From contig BROI01000025.1 in NCBI GenBank assembly GCA_027923505.1, positions 372,001-436,000 on the forward strand: 64,000 bases of DNA, written 5' to 3'. Under the pieces are notes generated by a model. It was not told the DNA's origin and ran no database searches. It saw only the letters and a program-made list of their open reading frames with translations. The translations under genes were made by a program, and so were the position numbers. Shown piece by piece: positions 63,747-64,000 of this stretch. Every line of letters starts with the position of its first letter. The first letter of the stretch is position 1. Source of the stretch: Mayamaea pseudoterrestris. Taxonomy: Eukaryota.

Positions 63747-64000
63747 GGCACCAACCAGGCAGTCAACATATCTTGTAGCGCACTTGAAATAAGGATGTTA
63801 GAACCATTCTGGCTTGATTTGGGCATACATATGGCTCACGGTATGGGCCTTTGAGAGGCATGGCATCTGCTGGCTGAGACTGATGACACGTTGTCACCAA
63901 TCACATTGCGAGCATCAGAGACACCAGCCATTTAGATATTCTTGTAGCGCACCTAAAATAAGGATGTTAGCGTCATTCTGGCTTGATTTGGGCATACACA
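63747..64000. repeat. Second repeat family (about 169-bp period), truncated by the window end
   Basis: TCTTGTAGCGCAC...AAATAAGGATGTTAG...CATTCTGGCTTGATTTGGGCATACA occurs at 63771 and 63940. Confidence 0.8.

Noticed and set aside
63578..63778. 66-aa ORF in the 174-bp repeat
   Set aside because: Other copies carry indels and stops and the DNA is CpG-eroded. No domain recognised, although an ancient coding origin cannot be excluded.

Overview
Gene-dense eukaryotic nuclear DNA, very probably from a diatom. Evidence: short GT-AG introns (74-162 nt), a bipartite signal/transit plastid presequence on UROD, a silaffin-like KxxK protein, and diatom-type PDZ, PPR and kinase families. About 32 protein-coding genes. 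Recognisable ones are sterol C5(6)-desaturase, CDP-DAG synthase, a protein kinase, a NUDT15-like Nudix hydrolase, UROD/hemE, PGS1, an RRM protein, a UBL-PUB-STI1-UIM protein, calpain-7/PalB, UTP6, UTP14, a CSRNP-like protein, UBA3, a strictosidine-synthase-like protein, a PPR protein and a SulP/SLC26 transporter. Main points of interest: (1) the UTP6 stop codon lies inside a splice-donor consensus, and an 83-nt in-frame intron would fuse UTP6 to a JmjC oxygenase plus a degenerate mini-SET domain, directly upstream of UTP14; (2) a secreted silaffin-like protein with an RXL motif, KxxK motifs and His-rich repeats, whose signal-peptide exon the ORF track misses; (3) three type-I membrane proteins with RXL-like motifs and cytosolic PDZ-like domains; (4) a 42-bp tandem array between divergent genes; (5) a CpG-depleted repeat block at the right end. 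No rRNA, tRNA or CRISPR array was recognised. All calls come from reading motifs by eye; no database search was run.
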